Source: Methyloceanibacter sp.
GTDB taxonomy: Bacteria > Pseudomonadota > Alphaproteobacteria > Rhizobiales > Methyloligellaceae
Reading direction: 5' to 3'
DNA: 64,000 bases
Assembly: GCA_030064755.1 (NCBI GenBank)
Contig: JASJEH010000001.1
Span: forward strand, 35,352 to 99,351
Under the pieces are notes generated by a model, which saw only the letters and a list, made by a program, of their open reading frames with translations, made no database searches and had not been told where the DNA came from. A program made the position numbers and the translations under genes. Position 1 is the first letter of the stretch. Every line of letters begins with the position of its first letter. Positions 1-9,944 of the stretch are shown here, in pieces.

Positions 1-555
1 CTATCCCGTTTCACGCCGGACCAGGCCGATATTGCCGTGCGCATGATCCATGCGTGCGGCCGCGTGGATGCAGCCGAGTTCTTCGCCTTTTCCGACGATT
101 TCGTGCCAGCCGCACGCCGGGCGTTGCACAATGGCGCGCCGATCTTCTGTGATGCGCAGATGGTGGCCCATGGCGTGACGCGTGCGCGGCTGCCCGCAAA
201 CAATGAGGTGATCTGCACTTTGCGCGACGAGCGTACGCCAGATCTTGCAGAGAGATTGGGGACGACGCGCTCCGCTGCAGCGCTTGAGCTATGGCGCGAT
301 CAGCTCAAGGGAGCGGTCGTAGCGATCGGGAATGCACCGACGGCTTTGTTTCACCTTTTGGAGATGCTCGAAGCAGGTGCGCCGAAGCCTGCGGCTATCT
401 TGGGCATCCCGGTGGGTTTTGTCGGCGCCGCGGAATCGAAGGACGCCCTCGCAGAGCGCTCCTGTGGTGTCCCGTGGCTCATCGTCCGGGGCCGCATGGG
501 CGGCAGCGCCATGACGGCAGCCGCACTGAACGCGCTTGCGCGCAAGGGCATATGA
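1..555 (+). CDS. cobH: Precorrin-8X methylmutase (5' end lies outside the window)
   Basis: Frame is open from base 1. Motifs IGNAPTAL, GIPVGFVGAAESK and RGRMGGSA are CobH/CbiC-type. Confidence 0.95.
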   Translation, partial: LSRFTPDQADIAVRMIHACGRVDAAEFFAFSDDFVPAARRALHNGAPIFCDAQMVAHGVTRARLPANNEVICTLRDERTPDLAERLGTTRSAAALELWRDQLKGAVVAIGNAPTALFHLLEMLEAGAPKPAAILGIPVGFVGAAESKDALAERSCGVPWLIVRGRMGGSAMTAAALNALARKGI

Positions 556-565
556 GGATCACGCC

Positions 566-1297
566 ATGGGCCGCATGATTGGGCGTTTGATGGGTGTTGG
601 CGTCGGGCCCGGCGATCCGGAACTCCTCACGTTGAAGGCGCTTAAGGCGCTTCGGTCGGCAGACGTGGTTGCCTATTTCGCGAAGTCCGGTAACGAGAGC
701 AATGCGCGCCGTGTCGTAAAGGATCATCTGAATGGCGTCGAGGAGCTGCCGCTGCTCTATCCCGTCACGACCGAGATCCCGAGGGCACATGCTGCCTACC
801 GTGACGCCATCGCCGATTTCTATGACGTCTCGGCCGCAGCCGTTTCATCCTACCTCGACGATGCACGGGATGTTGCGGTGCTGTCGGAGGGAGATCCGCT
901 ATTCTACGGCTCGTATATGCACATCCATGTGCGGCTGAGCCGTCGGTACCCCACTGAGGTAATCCCCGGCGTCACCGGCATGTCGGGCTGCTGGTCCGCT
1001 GCGGCAGCGCCCATTACCCAAGGCGACGACATCTTCACCGTCCTCCCGGGCACCTTGCCCGAGGTAGAACTCGAGCGGCGCCTGGCCGACAGCGATGCTG
1101 CGGTCGTGATGAAAATTGGAAGACACTTGCCCAAGATTCGGCGTGCCTGTGAACGGGCAGGGTGCCTCGACAGGGCGATCTACGTGGAGCGCGGCACCAT
1201 GACCAACTCGGCGGTGATGAAGCTCACCGACAAGCTCGATTTGGCGGCGCCCTATTTCGCGATCGTGCTTGTGCCCGGCTGGGAGGAACGGCGATGA
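566..1297 (+). CDS. cobI: Precorrin-2 C20-methyltransferase
   Basis: GVGVGPGDPELLT, LSEGDPLFYGS and IPGVTG tetrapyrrole methylase motifs. ATG 566 follows GAGGA. Position after cobH. Confidence 0.93.
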   Translation: MGRMIGRLMGVGVGPGDPELLTLKALKALRSADVVAYFAKSGNESNARRVVKDHLNGVEELPLLYPVTTEIPRAHAAYRDAIADFYDVSAAAVSSYLDDARDVAVLSEGDPLFYGSYMHIHVRLSRRYPTEVIPGVTGMSGCWSAAAAPITQGDDIFTVLPGTLPEVELERRLADSDAAVVMKIGRHLPKIRRACERAGCLDRAIYVERGTMTNSAVMKLTDKLDLAAPYFAIVLVPGWEERR

Positions 1298-2058
1298 GTG
1301 GGCGCCTGACCGTGGTCGGGCTAGGGCCCGGCGACGACCGTTTCATCACGCCCGAAGCGACAGACGCGCTCGCGAGTGCCGATGCGCTCTACGGGTACGG
1401 CCCCTATCTCGATCGTGTCCCGGCGCGCAAAGACCAGGCCCGCAATCCTTCCGGCAATCGGGTCGAAGGCAACCGCGCGCGCGATGCGCTGGCCCACGCG
1501 GCCGAAGGCGCCCAGGTGGTGATGGTTTCTGGCGGCGACCCCGGCGTGTTCGCCATGGCGGCGGCGGTGTGCGGCGAGATCGAAGACGGACCCGCGGGGT
1601 GGCGCGCGCTCGATATCCGGATCCTGCCGGGAGTCACCGCGATGCTTGCGGTCGCCGCACGCGCTGGCGCGCCTCTTGGACATGACTTCTGCGCCATCTC
1701 CCTGTCCGACAATCTCAAGCCCTGGGAGCTGATCGAGCAGCGGCTCGATGCGGCCGCTCAAGGTGGTTTCGTCATCGCGTTCTACAATCCAATCTCAACG
1801 GCCCGGCCTTGGCAGCTGGGCCAGGCATTCGCCCGCCTCAGCCGGCACCTTGCACCGGAGACGCCTGTGGTGTTCGGGCGCGCGGTGGGGCGCAACGACG
1901 AGGCCGTGACCGTGACCACTTTGGACAAGGCGGACGAGACGCCGGCGGATATGGCAACACTCATTATTGTCGGCTCGCCAGAGACGCGGGTGATCGCCCG
2001 CGAGGGGCAAGCGCCGCTCGTCTACACACCGCGCACCGCGGTGACGGTGAGTGCATGA
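1294..2058 (+). CDS. cobJ: Precorrin-3B C17-methyltransferase
   Basis: VVGLGPG, VSGGDPGVFAMA, LGHDFCAISLSDNLKPW and DMATLIIVGS. ATGA overlap with the cobI stop. Confidence 0.95.
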   Translation: MSGRLTVVGLGPGDDRFITPEATDALASADALYGYGPYLDRVPARKDQARNPSGNRVEGNRARDALAHAAEGAQVVMVSGGDPGVFAMAAAVCGEIEDGPAGWRALDIRILPGVTAMLAVAARAGAPLGHDFCAISLSDNLKPWELIEQRLDAAAQGGFVIAFYNPISTARPWQLGQAFARLSRHLAPETPVVFGRAVGRNDEAVTVTTLDKADETPADMATLIIVGSPETRVIAREGQAPLVYTPRTAVTVSA

Positions 2059-2783
2059 TCGCACCACGCGAGAGCCTCATCGACAGTGCCGACGGATGGC
2101 GCGCCGGGCAACTCGGGGCGCCGGATCATGATGACGGGAAGCCCAAGAGCTCGTGCCGCCGCGATCTTACCGTAGCTGGCATCGCCCCCGCTGTTCTTGG
2201 ACACCAATATCTCGATCCCGTGCTGCTTCAGAAGGGCGACGTCGCCCGCCTCGGTGAACGGTCCACGTTCGGTGACGTAAACCGCATTGGGGACAGCAAG
2301 CGGCGGGTCGATGGGATCGACACTGCGTACAAGGTAGGTGTGCTGCGGCGCGCTTTCGAACGGCGTGATGTCCTTTCGGCCAAGCGCGACGAACACGTGG
2401 CGCGGTTCGGGACCCAATGCCTTCACGGCATCGCTGACCGTCGCCGCGTCGACCCATCGATCGCCTGGCGCCCGCTGCCACGGCGCGCGGCGCAATGCCA
2501 GGAACGGAACACCCGTCTCACCGGCCGCGCGATGGGCATTGGCAGAGATTACGTTTGCGAAGGGGTGTGTTGCATCAATCAGTATGCCGATGTTTTGATC
2601 CGCGATGAAGCGCGCGAGACCTTCCGCGCCACCGAAGCCGCCAATGCGCGTGGATACGCCTTGTGCACGCGGACTTGCCGTACGGCCGGCCAGCGACAGC
2701 GTCACGTCAACGTCGCCACGGGCGTCGAGCGCGCTTGCGAGCCTACGAGATTCCGTCGTGCCACCAAGAATGAGGATGTTCAT
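2022..2783 (-). CDS. cobK: Precorrin-6A/cobalt-precorrin-6A reductase
   Basis: MNILILGGTTES, GGFGGAEGL, IDATHPFA and SKNSGG. AGGA lies 6 nt upstream of the ATG at 2783. Confidence 0.95.
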   Translation of the reverse strand: MNILILGGTTESRRLASALDARGDVDVTLSLAGRTASPRAQGVSTRIGGFGGAEGLARFIADQNIGILIDATHPFANVISANAHRAAGETGVPFLALRRAPWQRAPGDRWVDAATVSDAVKALGPEPRHVFVALGRKDITPFESAPQHTYLVRSVDPIDPPLAVPNAVYVTERGPFTEAGDVALLKQHGIEILVSKNSGGDASYGKIAAARALGLPVIMIRRPELPGAPSVGTVDEALAWCDHALTVTAVRGV

Positions 2784-4029
2784 GACCGGTCCTAGTTCTC
2801 TTGCGGCGGAGCCTGCCCCAACAGAGCGGTGGCTGTCCATCGTCGGCATCGGCGAAGATGGCGTGGACGGACTGGGGCGCGGCGCGTGCGATCTCATCGA
2901 GAACGCAGAGGTCGTATTCGGCGGCGTGCGCCATCTTGCGCTTGCCGCACCCCTCATCCGGAGCGAATCAAAGCCCTGGCCATCCCCGTTTTCGTTAGCC
3001 CCCGCCGAGGTCGTGGCGCTGCGAGGGCGGCGCGTGTGCGTGCTCGCTTCGGGTGATCCATTTTTTTATGGCGTTGGCGCGACACTCGCGGCTCATGTCG
3101 CGGCAGATGAGATGTGGGTTGTGCCCGCAACGTCCGCCTTCAGTCTCGCAGCGGCCCGCATGGGGTGGCCACTTCCGGACACGACGATTGTTTCGGTACA
3201 TGGTCGCGCACTTGACCGGATTCGCCCCCATCTGCATCCGGGCGCGCGTATCCTGGCCTTGACGTCGGATGCGGAGGGCCCGAGCGCCTTGGCACGCCTC
3301 CTTACCGAAGGCGGCTTCGGCGCTTCTCAGATGACGGTGCTGGAGGCGCTCGGCGGCAGTCGCGAGCGAATCCGCTCTGCGCCGGCGCAAGAATTCAGCC
3401 TCCGCGACATCGCTGCACTGAATACGGTTGCGCTGGAGGTCGCTGCGGCTCCGGGCGCACGCATCCTCGGTTTTGCGCCCGGGCTCGACGACGATCTCTT
3501 TGAGCATGACGGCCAGATATCCAAGAGTGAGATCCGCGCGCTGACGCTCGCCGCACTCCGGCCCCAGCATGGCGAGCTTCTGTGGGACGTGGGGGCCGGA
3601 TCCGGCTCGGTTGGGATCGAATGGCTGCTGGCCCATGGCTCGCTGCATGCGATCGCGATCGAAGCGGACGAAGCCCGCGCAGCGCGTGCCGCTCGAAATG
3701 CCGCTGCCTTCGGGGTGCCACATCTCGATGTGAGACAAGGCCGCGCGCCGCAAGCGCTTGTCGGCTTACCGACCCCAGACGTGGTCTTCATTGGGGGCGG
3801 CGGCAGTGGCGATGGCGTCTTCGACACGTGTCTCGAGGCACTGAAACCGGGGGGCCGCCTCGTCGCCAACGCGGTGACGCTCGAGACGGAGTCGGAGCTG
3901 ATCATGCGGCATTCGACGCTGGGCGGAAAGCTGATACGCGTCTCCGTTTCGCGCGCGGACGGTGTCGGGGCAAAGACTGGGTGGCGGCCGGCCATGCCCG
4001 TGACCCAATGGAGTTGGGAGAAGCTATGA
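2782..4029 (+). CDS. cobL: Precorrin-6Y C5,15-methyltransferase (decarboxylating), CbiE+CbiT type
   Basis: WLSIVGIGEDG, LASGDPFF, LWDVGAGSGSVGIEW and GGRLVANAVT. GAGGA lies 5 nt upstream of ATG 2782. Confidence 0.95.
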   Translation: MTGPSSLAAEPAPTERWLSIVGIGEDGVDGLGRGACDLIENAEVVFGGVRHLALAAPLIRSESKPWPSPFSLAPAEVVALRGRRVCVLASGDPFFYGVGATLAAHVAADEMWVVPATSAFSLAAARMGWPLPDTTIVSVHGRALDRIRPHLHPGARILALTSDAEGPSALARLLTEGGFGASQMTVLEALGGSRERIRSAPAQEFSLRDIAALNTVALEVAAAPGARILGFAPGLDDDLFEHDGQISKSEIRALTLAALRPQHGELLWDVGAGSGSVGIEWLLAHGSLHAIAIEADEARAARAARNAAAFGVPHLDVRQGRAPQALVGLPTPDVVFIGGGGSGDGVFDTCLEALKPGGRLVANAVTLETESELIMRHSTLGGKLIRVSVSRADGVGAKTGWRPAMPVTQWSWEKL

Positions 4030-4412
4030 TTGTCGCTGGTATCGGCTGCCGCAGAGGCGCCACGGCCGAGGAGATTAAGGCCGCCATCGAGGCGGCCTTG
4101 GAAGAGACGGGTCAGGCGCGCGAGGCGCTGACCTCGCTTGCCACATCCGATGGCAAGGGGAGCGAGCCCGGCCTTGTCGACGCCGCCGCACTTGCCGGTC
4201 TGGAGCTGATCCTCATCAAGCCGGCGGCCTTGGAGGCCGCCGGGCCTCGTACACGATCATTCTCTCCACGCGTGAAGGAGATGTTCGGCGTACCCTCCGT
4301 CGCCGAGGCAGCCGCGCTCGCTGCCGCGGGACCCGACGCATCCCTCCTTGCACCCCGCACCATTGTCGGGCCGGTGACCTGCGCTATCGCCGGCATCGCG
4401 CCGAAGGCGTGA
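4026..4412 (+). CDS. cobE: Cobalamin biosynthesis protein CobE (CbiG C-terminal domain)
   Basis: [19 protein letters not shown] and VTCAIA. ATGA overlap with cobL. Confidence 0.85.
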   Translation: MIVAGIGCRRGATAEEIKAAIEAALEETGQAREALTSLATSDGKGSEPGLVDAAALAGLELILIKPAALEAAGPRTRSFSPRVKEMFGVPSVAEAAALAAAGPDASLLAPRTIVGPVTCAIAGIAPKA

Positions 4413-5170
4413 CCGTTCACTTCATAGGCGCCGGGCCTGGCGCCGCGGACTTGATCACCGTCCGTGGCCGCGATCTCATCGCGCGGTGCCCTGTTTGCCT
4501 CTACGCGGGGTCGATCGTTTCGGAAGAGCTTCTGGGGCACTGCCCGACGGACGCACGTATTGTAAACACCGCGCCCATGTCTCTCGACGAAATCGAAGCG
4601 GAGTATATCCGTGCCCATGATGAGGGCCACGATGTCGCGCGGCTTCATTCCGGTGATTTGTCCGTGTACAGCGCAGTTGCCGAACAGATGCGGCGGCTTG
4701 ATGCACGCGGCATTCCCTACACCCTGACGCCAGGCGTTCCCGCCTTCGCCGCGGCAGCGGCAGCGCTTCACTGTGAACTTACCGTGCCCGAGCTTGCGCA
4801 GAGCGTGGTTCTGACGCGCGTCTCCGGCCGGGCATCCAAGATGCCCGACGGTGAAAGCCTCGAAGCTTTCGCGGCGACCGGGTCGACCCTTGCCATTCAT
4901 CTCGCGATCCACGCCCTACCCACAATCGTCGATACGCTCCTGCCATTCTATGGTGCCGACTGCCCAGCGGCGATTGTGGCTCGCGCGACACATCCGAACG
5001 AGACAATCTTGCGCGGAACGCTCGGCACGATATGCGCTGAACTCGATGCCAACCCAATCGAACGAACGGCCTTGATCTTGGTGGGGCCTGCACTTGGCGC
5101 CCGAGACTTCAGAGAGAGCGCGCTCTACGATCCCGGCTATCGCCGCCGCTATCGGGGAGGCGCCGAATGA
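4409..5170 (+). CDS. cobM: Precorrin-4 C11-methyltransferase
   Basis: [32 protein letters not shown] and QSVVLTR. GTGA overlap with cobE. Confidence 0.95.
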   Translation: MTVHFIGAGPGAADLITVRGRDLIARCPVCLYAGSIVSEELLGHCPTDARIVNTAPMSLDEIEAEYIRAHDEGHDVARLHSGDLSVYSAVAEQMRRLDARGIPYTLTPGVPAFAAAAAALHCELTVPELAQSVVLTRVSGRASKMPDGESLEAFAATGSTLAIHLAIHALPTIVDTLLPFYGADCPAAIVARATHPNETILRGTLGTICAELDANPIERTALILVGPALGARDFRESALYDPGYRRRYRGGAE

Positions 5171-6255
5171 GCGAAGGGTGCGCGCCCAACAAGCTGTCCC
5201 TGACGGTCGAAGACCAGGATCTCGACGGCGATAGGCTTACCCGCGACGACCTTCAACGCGGTCTGTTGCGCCGTCTTGGCGACTTCATCGCCGAGTGGAA
5301 CGCCTTCCGCTACTGCATTCCCAAAGGCCTCGGCGGCTGTGTTAGAGGCTTCGATACGCGTCGACAGATCGACCGAGCCGCCAGCGGCTTTCGACAGCCG
5401 CGCCAGCTCATCGAGGTCGACGGCGCCGCGCTTGGAGTGGAGATCGAGAAAACCCTGCGCGAGCTTCGTCATCTTGGCAACGCCGCCCGCGATCGTCACA
5501 CGCGGTACTGGATGCTTTTTCACGTATTTGAGCGTGCCGCCAACGAAGTCGCCCATATCGATGAGAGCCTGTTCGGGCAGTCCGTAGAGTTCCTGCACAG
5601 CCTGCTCGGACGTCGAACCCGTGGACGCGGCAATGTGGTCGATCCCCGCCGCGCGGGCGACGTCCACGCCCCGGTGAATCGAATGGATCCAGGCCGCGCA
5701 GGAATAAGGAATCACGATGCCTGTGGTCCCGAGAATCGACAGCCCTCCAACAATACCGAGACGTCCGTTCAGGGTCTTGGCCGCCAGTGCTTCACCCTTG
5801 GCAACGCCGATCTCGACATCGACATCGCAAGCGGCATCGTGTGCCACCGCGACTTCTTCCAGCGCTTTTTGAATCATCTGACGAGGCACGGGATTGATCG
5901 CCGGCTCTCCCGGCGGGATCGGCAGACCGGCTCTGGTCACCGTGCCAACGCCTTCGCCGGCGCGGAATGTCACGCCAGTACCGGGCCGACCACCCCGGAC
6001 AGTGACCATGATCAGCGCACCGTGGGTGACGTCGGGATCGTCGCCCGCGTCCTTGACCACGCAGGCTTTGGCGGCCTGCGGGTTGGATTCCGCCATCGCG
6101 AGCGCGAATGCGGGACGCTGGCCGCCCGGCAGCGTAACCTCCACCGGATCCGGGAACGTGCCCGTGAGCAACGCCGTGTAGGCCGCCTTGGCGGCCGCTG
6201 TGGCACAGGTGCCGGTCGTCCATCCTTTTCGGAGAGGGCGGTCCTCTTCTCTCAT
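5149..6255 (-). CDS. cbiD: Cobalt-precorrin-5B C1-methyltransferase
   Basis: [47 protein letters not shown] and MGDFVG. Alternative start at 6267. Confidence 0.93.
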   Translation of the reverse strand: MREEDRPLRKGWTTGTCATAAAKAAYTALLTGTFPDPVEVTLPGGQRPAFALAMAESNPQAAKACVVKDAGDDPDVTHGALIMVTVRGGRPGTGVTFRAGEGVGTVTRAGLPIPPGEPAINPVPRQMIQKALEEVAVAHDAACDVDVEIGVAKGEALAAKTLNGRLGIVGGLSILGTTGIVIPYSCAAWIHSIHRGVDVARAAGIDHIAASTGSTSEQAVQELYGLPEQALIDMGDFVGGTLKYVKKHPVPRVTIAGGVAKMTKLAQGFLDLHSKRGAVDLDELARLSKAAGGSVDLSTRIEASNTAAEAFGNAVAEGVPLGDEVAKTAQQTALKVVAGKPIAVEILVFDRQGQLVGRAPFAHSAPPR

Positions 6256-6320
6256 ATGCAAGCTCATCGCACCCTTGGCTACGCGACGCAAATCGCACCG
6301 CCTCTCGTGAGGCGCGCGCC

Positions 6321-7646
6321 ATGAGCGGCGCAGGGCTCATCATTGCCGCGCACAAGTCCGGCGCTGGCAAAACCACGCTAACGCTGGCGCTGCTGGCCGC
6401 GTTGCGGCGCAAGGGTTTAGCGGTGCATGCAGCCAAGGCCGGGCCGGACTATATCGACCCGGCCTTTCATGCGCGGGCGAGCGGCCACGGCAGTGTGAAT
6501 CTGGATAGCTGGGCCATGCCGCCTGGCCTGCTCGATATCTTGATGGCCAGTGCCACGGCGAAGGCCGACATCGTCGTCGTTGAGGGTGTCATGGGTCTGT
6601 TCGACGGGATTTCTGGGTCTCCGGGCCGTACCGGCGCGACGGCAGACCTGGCCGCGCGATTTGGACTGCCTGTGGTCCTTGTCATCGACGTCACGTCTCA
6701 GGCGCAGTCGGCTGCCGCTCTCCTCCGGGGTTTCGCGACACACGATCCGGCGGTGCAGATTGCCGGTGTGGTCCTCAATCGCGTGGCGAGCGACCGGCAT
6801 GCGCGGCTGGTCTCGCGCGCCATCGAGGACTTGCGGATTCCCATTCTCGGCATGCTGCCCCGAGATGAGACCGTGACATTGCCGGAGCGCCATCTCGGCC
6901 TCGTCCAAGCAGACGAGCACTCCGATCTGGACGCCCATTTTACCAAGCTCGCTGACCTCGTCGAAGCGCATCTGGATCTCGATGCAATCCGTGCTCTGGC
7001 GCGCCCGCCATTGCTGAATGATCTTCCACAAAGCGGGGCTGTGCAGGGCTGTTTGCCCCCGCCAGGTATGCGGATTTCGGTCGCGCAGGACGCCGCCTTT
7101 ACCTTTCTCTATCCCCACCTCGTCGAGGGCTGGCGCGCACGCGGCGCGACCCTCGTACCGTTCTCGCCGCTGGCGGACGAAGGGCCGGACGAGGATTGCG
7201 ACGCCTGCTGGCTGCCTGGCGGTTATCCGGAGCTTCATGCAGGCGCGCTTGCTGCTTCAAGCCGATTCAAGTCTAGGCTCGCAACGTTTGCGGAGACGCG
7301 TCCCGTCCATGGAGAGTGCGGCGGGTACATGGTGCTGGGTGAAGCCCTCATCGACAAGGGCGGCGACCGCCACGCCATGACGGGGCTTCTGAGCCATGTC
7401 ACGAGCTTCGCGGACCGGAAGCTGCATCTCGGCTATCGAGAGGCGCAGTTGCTCGAGCCTTGCGGGCTCGGGGACGCGGGCTCAACCGTGCGCGGGCATG
7501 AGTTTCACTACACGTCCGTGATCGAGCCCGGTAGCGACGCGCCCTTGGCCATGCTGGCCGACGGCGAAGGCAATCCGTTGGGCGCGGCCGGCGGCCGGCG
7601 TGGAACCGTCAGTGGTACGTTCTTCCACGCGATCGCATCGGCGTAA
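6321..7646 (+). CDS. cobB: Cobyrinate/hydrogenobyrinate a,c-diamide synthase
   Basis: SGAGKTT P-loop, GPDYIDP, VEGVMGLFDG, LPGGYPELH, GECGGYM and HEFHY glutaminase motifs. Confidence 0.95.
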   Translation: MSGAGLIIAAHKSGAGKTTLTLALLAALRRKGLAVHAAKAGPDYIDPAFHARASGHGSVNLDSWAMPPGLLDILMASATAKADIVVVEGVMGLFDGISGSPGRTGATADLAARFGLPVVLVIDVTSQAQSAAALLRGFATHDPAVQIAGVVLNRVASDRHARLVSRAIEDLRIPILGMLPRDETVTLPERHLGLVQADEHSDLDAHFTKLADLVEAHLDLDAIRALARPPLLNDLPQSGAVQGCLPPPGMRISVAQDAAFTFLYPHLVEGWRARGATLVPFSPLADEGPDEDCDACWLPGGYPELHAGALAASSRFKSRLATFAETRPVHGECGGYMVLGEALIDKGGDRHAMTGLLSHVTSFADRKLHLGYREAQLLEPCGLGDAGSTVRGHEFHYTSVIEPGSDAPLAMLADGEGNPLGAAGGRRGTVSGTFFHAIASA

Positions 7647-7649
7647 CCG

Positions 7650-8669
7650 CTAGGACGTCGATTTTCCTGATACTTGCGCTTCTGCGAACGTGGCCATGCC
7701 CGTGTGGCAGGCAAGCGCCGCGCGCACGATCAAAAGCGCGACACTCGCGCCCGTCCCTTCGCCCAACCGCATGCCGAGATCGAGGAGCGGTGTCATGCCG
7801 AGTTCCTGCAACAGGAACTCATGACCGGCATCCGCCGATTTGTGGCCAACGCGCGCATGGTCCAGCGCATCGTCGCGCAGCACTTTGAGGGGGGCGACCG
7901 CCGATGAACTCACCATGCCATCGATCAGCACCGGGATACGTTTGTGGCGGGCCGCGAGGCACGCACCCATCATGGCTGCCAGCTCCCGTCCGCCGACTGC
8001 GGCGGCTGCCTGCAAGGGGTCGCCAAGCACGTCGGAATGGCGGAGCAGCGCCTGTTGGATGACCGCACGCTTGCGCCCGAACCCCTCCTTGCCAACGCCA
8101 GTCCCTGTGCTGGCGAAGCGCGCGCCGCCGCCGAACAACGCGCCGGAAATGGCCGCCGCCGCGGTCGTGTTGCTGATGCCCATCTCGCCGAGAATGATCA
8201 AGTCCGCATCGTCGGCCACCTGGTCATAGCCAGTCCCGACCGCGGCGAGAAACACCTCCTCGTCCATGGCCGGCGCCTCCGTGAAGTCCACCGTGGGGTT
8301 CCCGAGGTCGAGCGGCGTCACACGGAGGTTTGCGCCATTCGTACGTGCGAGCTGATTGATGGCCGCACCGCCGGACGCAAAGTTCGCCACCATCTGCTCG
8401 GTGACCTCGGGCGGATAGGCGGAGACCCCTTGCGCGGCGACGCCGTGATTGCCGGCAAAGACCAGGATCTCGCACCTGTCCAGGGTCGGCGGATTGCGGC
8501 CCTGCCATGCGGCGAGCCAGATAGCGAGCTCCTCCAGCCGGCCAAGTGAGCCCGGGGGCTTTGTCAGCTGGCCCTGTCGCTCAGCAGCCACGGCGGCGGC
8601 CGTTTCATCGGCCTCAGGGAGGTCCAGACAGGCAGCGCGCAACTGCTTGAAGGAAGAAAATCGAGACAT
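7650..8669 (-). CDS. cobT: Nicotinate-nucleotide--dimethylbenzimidazole phosphoribosyltransferase (CobU in P. denitrificans nomenclature)
   Basis: LTKPPGSLGRLEE, GNHGV, GEMGISNTT, MRLGEGTGA and MATFAEA. Confidence 0.93.
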   Translation of the reverse strand: MSRFSSFKQLRAACLDLPEADETAAAVAAERQGQLTKPPGSLGRLEELAIWLAAWQGRNPPTLDRCEILVFAGNHGVAAQGVSAYPPEVTEQMVANFASGGAAINQLARTNGANLRVTPLDLGNPTVDFTEAPAMDEEVFLAAVGTGYDQVADDADLIILGEMGISNTTAAAAISGALFGGGARFASTGTGVGKEGFGRKRAVIQQALLRHSDVLGDPLQAAAAVGGRELAAMMGACLAARHKRIPVLIDGMVSSSAVAPLKVLRDDALDHARVGHKSADAGHEFLLQELGMTPLLDLGMRLGEGTGASVALLIVRAALACHTGMATFAEAQVSGKSTS

Positions 8670-8722
8670 TTCAGCGTAGGGTCGCAATAACGGATGGGAA
8701 GAGACGCAAGGACTTAAACTGC

Positions 8723-9478
8723 ATGGGCGGCATTACCACGGACCTCAGGACAGGCCTAGCTTTTTGCACGCGGCTGCCTGTCACAACGGCTTCCGATGGC
8801 CGCCTGTCCGATGCCGCTTGGACCCTTCCCATTGCTGGTGCGGTTGTGGGCTTGATCGGCGCGCTCATCCTGTATGCAGCTCTGGCCCTTGGGGTGCCTC
8901 CATTTGCAGCCGCCACCCTCGCAATCGGCGCGACGGCGCTCACGACCGGGTGCCTGCACGAGGACGGGCTGGCAGACACGGCGGACGGCTTTGGCGGCGG
9001 ACGGGAGCCTTCGCGCGTGCTTGAGATCCTGCGCGATAGCCGGATTGGCACCTACGGCGTCATCGCGCTGATCGTCTCATTTCTGTTGCGCATCGGGACG
9101 GTTGCGAGCTTGGCCGCGTTGGGCGCCTGGCCCGCCATCTTCGCGCTGATCTCCGCGCATACAGGTGCACGGGCCGCGCTGCCACTGTTTATGCGGGCAG
9201 TGCCACGCGCCCGCGACGACGGCCTGTCGGCGGCGGCGGGCCGGCCCAGCGAGGGCGTCGTGGCAGGCGCCGCCGTGATTGGTGTAGCGGTGTCGCTCGT
9301 CTGTCTCGGCTTCGGCACGACGCTCGTGTCCGCGATCTTGGTCGCGGCGGCCCTTACCGTGCTTGCGCGCATGGCGACCCGAAAGATCGGGGGCCAAACT
9401 GGGGATGTGCTCGGCGCCGCGGAACAGGCCGGTGAAATCCTGATCCTGATCACTGCAGCCGCGGTTCTCGCTCCTTGA
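8723..9478 (+). CDS. cobS: Adenosylcobinamide-GDP ribazoletransferase (cobalamin synthase, CobV)
   Basis: FCTRLP, TGCLHEDGLADTADG, RDSRIGTYG and GGQTGDVLGA. Multi-pass hydrophobic protein. Confidence 0.95.
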   Translation: MGGITTDLRTGLAFCTRLPVTTASDGRLSDAAWTLPIAGAVVGLIGALILYAALALGVPPFAAATLAIGATALTTGCLHEDGLADTADGFGGGREPSRVLEILRDSRIGTYGVIALIVSFLLRIGTVASLAALGAWPAIFALISAHTGARAALPLFMRAVPRARDDGLSAAAGRPSEGVVAGAAVIGVAVSLVCLGFGTTLVSAILVAAALTVLARMATRKIGGQTGDVLGAAEQAGEILILITAAAVLAP

Positions 9479-9609
9479 CCGCAGCGGCGATCAAGGTAAC
9501 GAAATCGCTAAGCGGCGTGTAAGACGGCGGAAAGATTGCCGTGCTAGACTGTTCGCGCAATCGAAAGCCAGCAGCCCCTGAGGCGCCCGGCCAGATGGAG
9601 TTCTGACCC

Positions 9610-9888
9610 ATGCGTATCGCGATCGCGGCTCTTGTTGTTCTCGGCGTAGCCTGGTTCGGCGTAGCTCCTGTACATGCCGTGCCACTGACCGGGACCGCCT
9701 CCCACACGCTTGTCGAGGCGACAGGACTGCAGGCGATTGATGTTGCGAAACGCTCGCGAAAAAAGGTGCGGCGTAGCACCACGCGCAAATGCGGGTGGCA
9801 GTGCAAGCGTTACTACCGCCCCTTCCAGTACCGCTATTGGAAGTTCTACTATCCATACGGCGGACCGCTGTTTTACGGACGGCGCTAA
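9610..9888 (+). CDS. Small putative secreted protein with a cationic/aromatic C-terminal half and a CxxxC motif
   Basis: Upstream GGAG. Sec-like signal MRIAIAALVVLGVAWFGVAPVHA. Fills the gap between cobS and the next gene. No family recognised. Confidence 0.7.
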   Translation: MRIAIAALVVLGVAWFGVAPVHAVPLTGTASHTLVEATGLQAIDVAKRSRKKVRRSTTRKCGWQCKRYYRPFQYRYWKFYYPYGGPLFYGRR

Positions 9889-9944
9889 ACCACTTCACGG
9901 GATTGCAATAAAAGGGTGACACCGCACCCAGCCCTTGTGGCAGA

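Noticed and set aside
5167-6324. Long antisense ORFs (for example 5167-6324, 1809-2795, 30229-31065, 48855-50006, 4112-4912)
   Set aside because: They shadow well-supported genes on the opposite strand, lack recognisable motifs, and are expected from high-GC codon bias.
6256-9609. Cobalamin riboswitch in the cob intergenic gaps
   Set aside because: The gaps (53-131 bp) are too short or lack B12-element motifs. Any riboswitch would lie upstream of the window.
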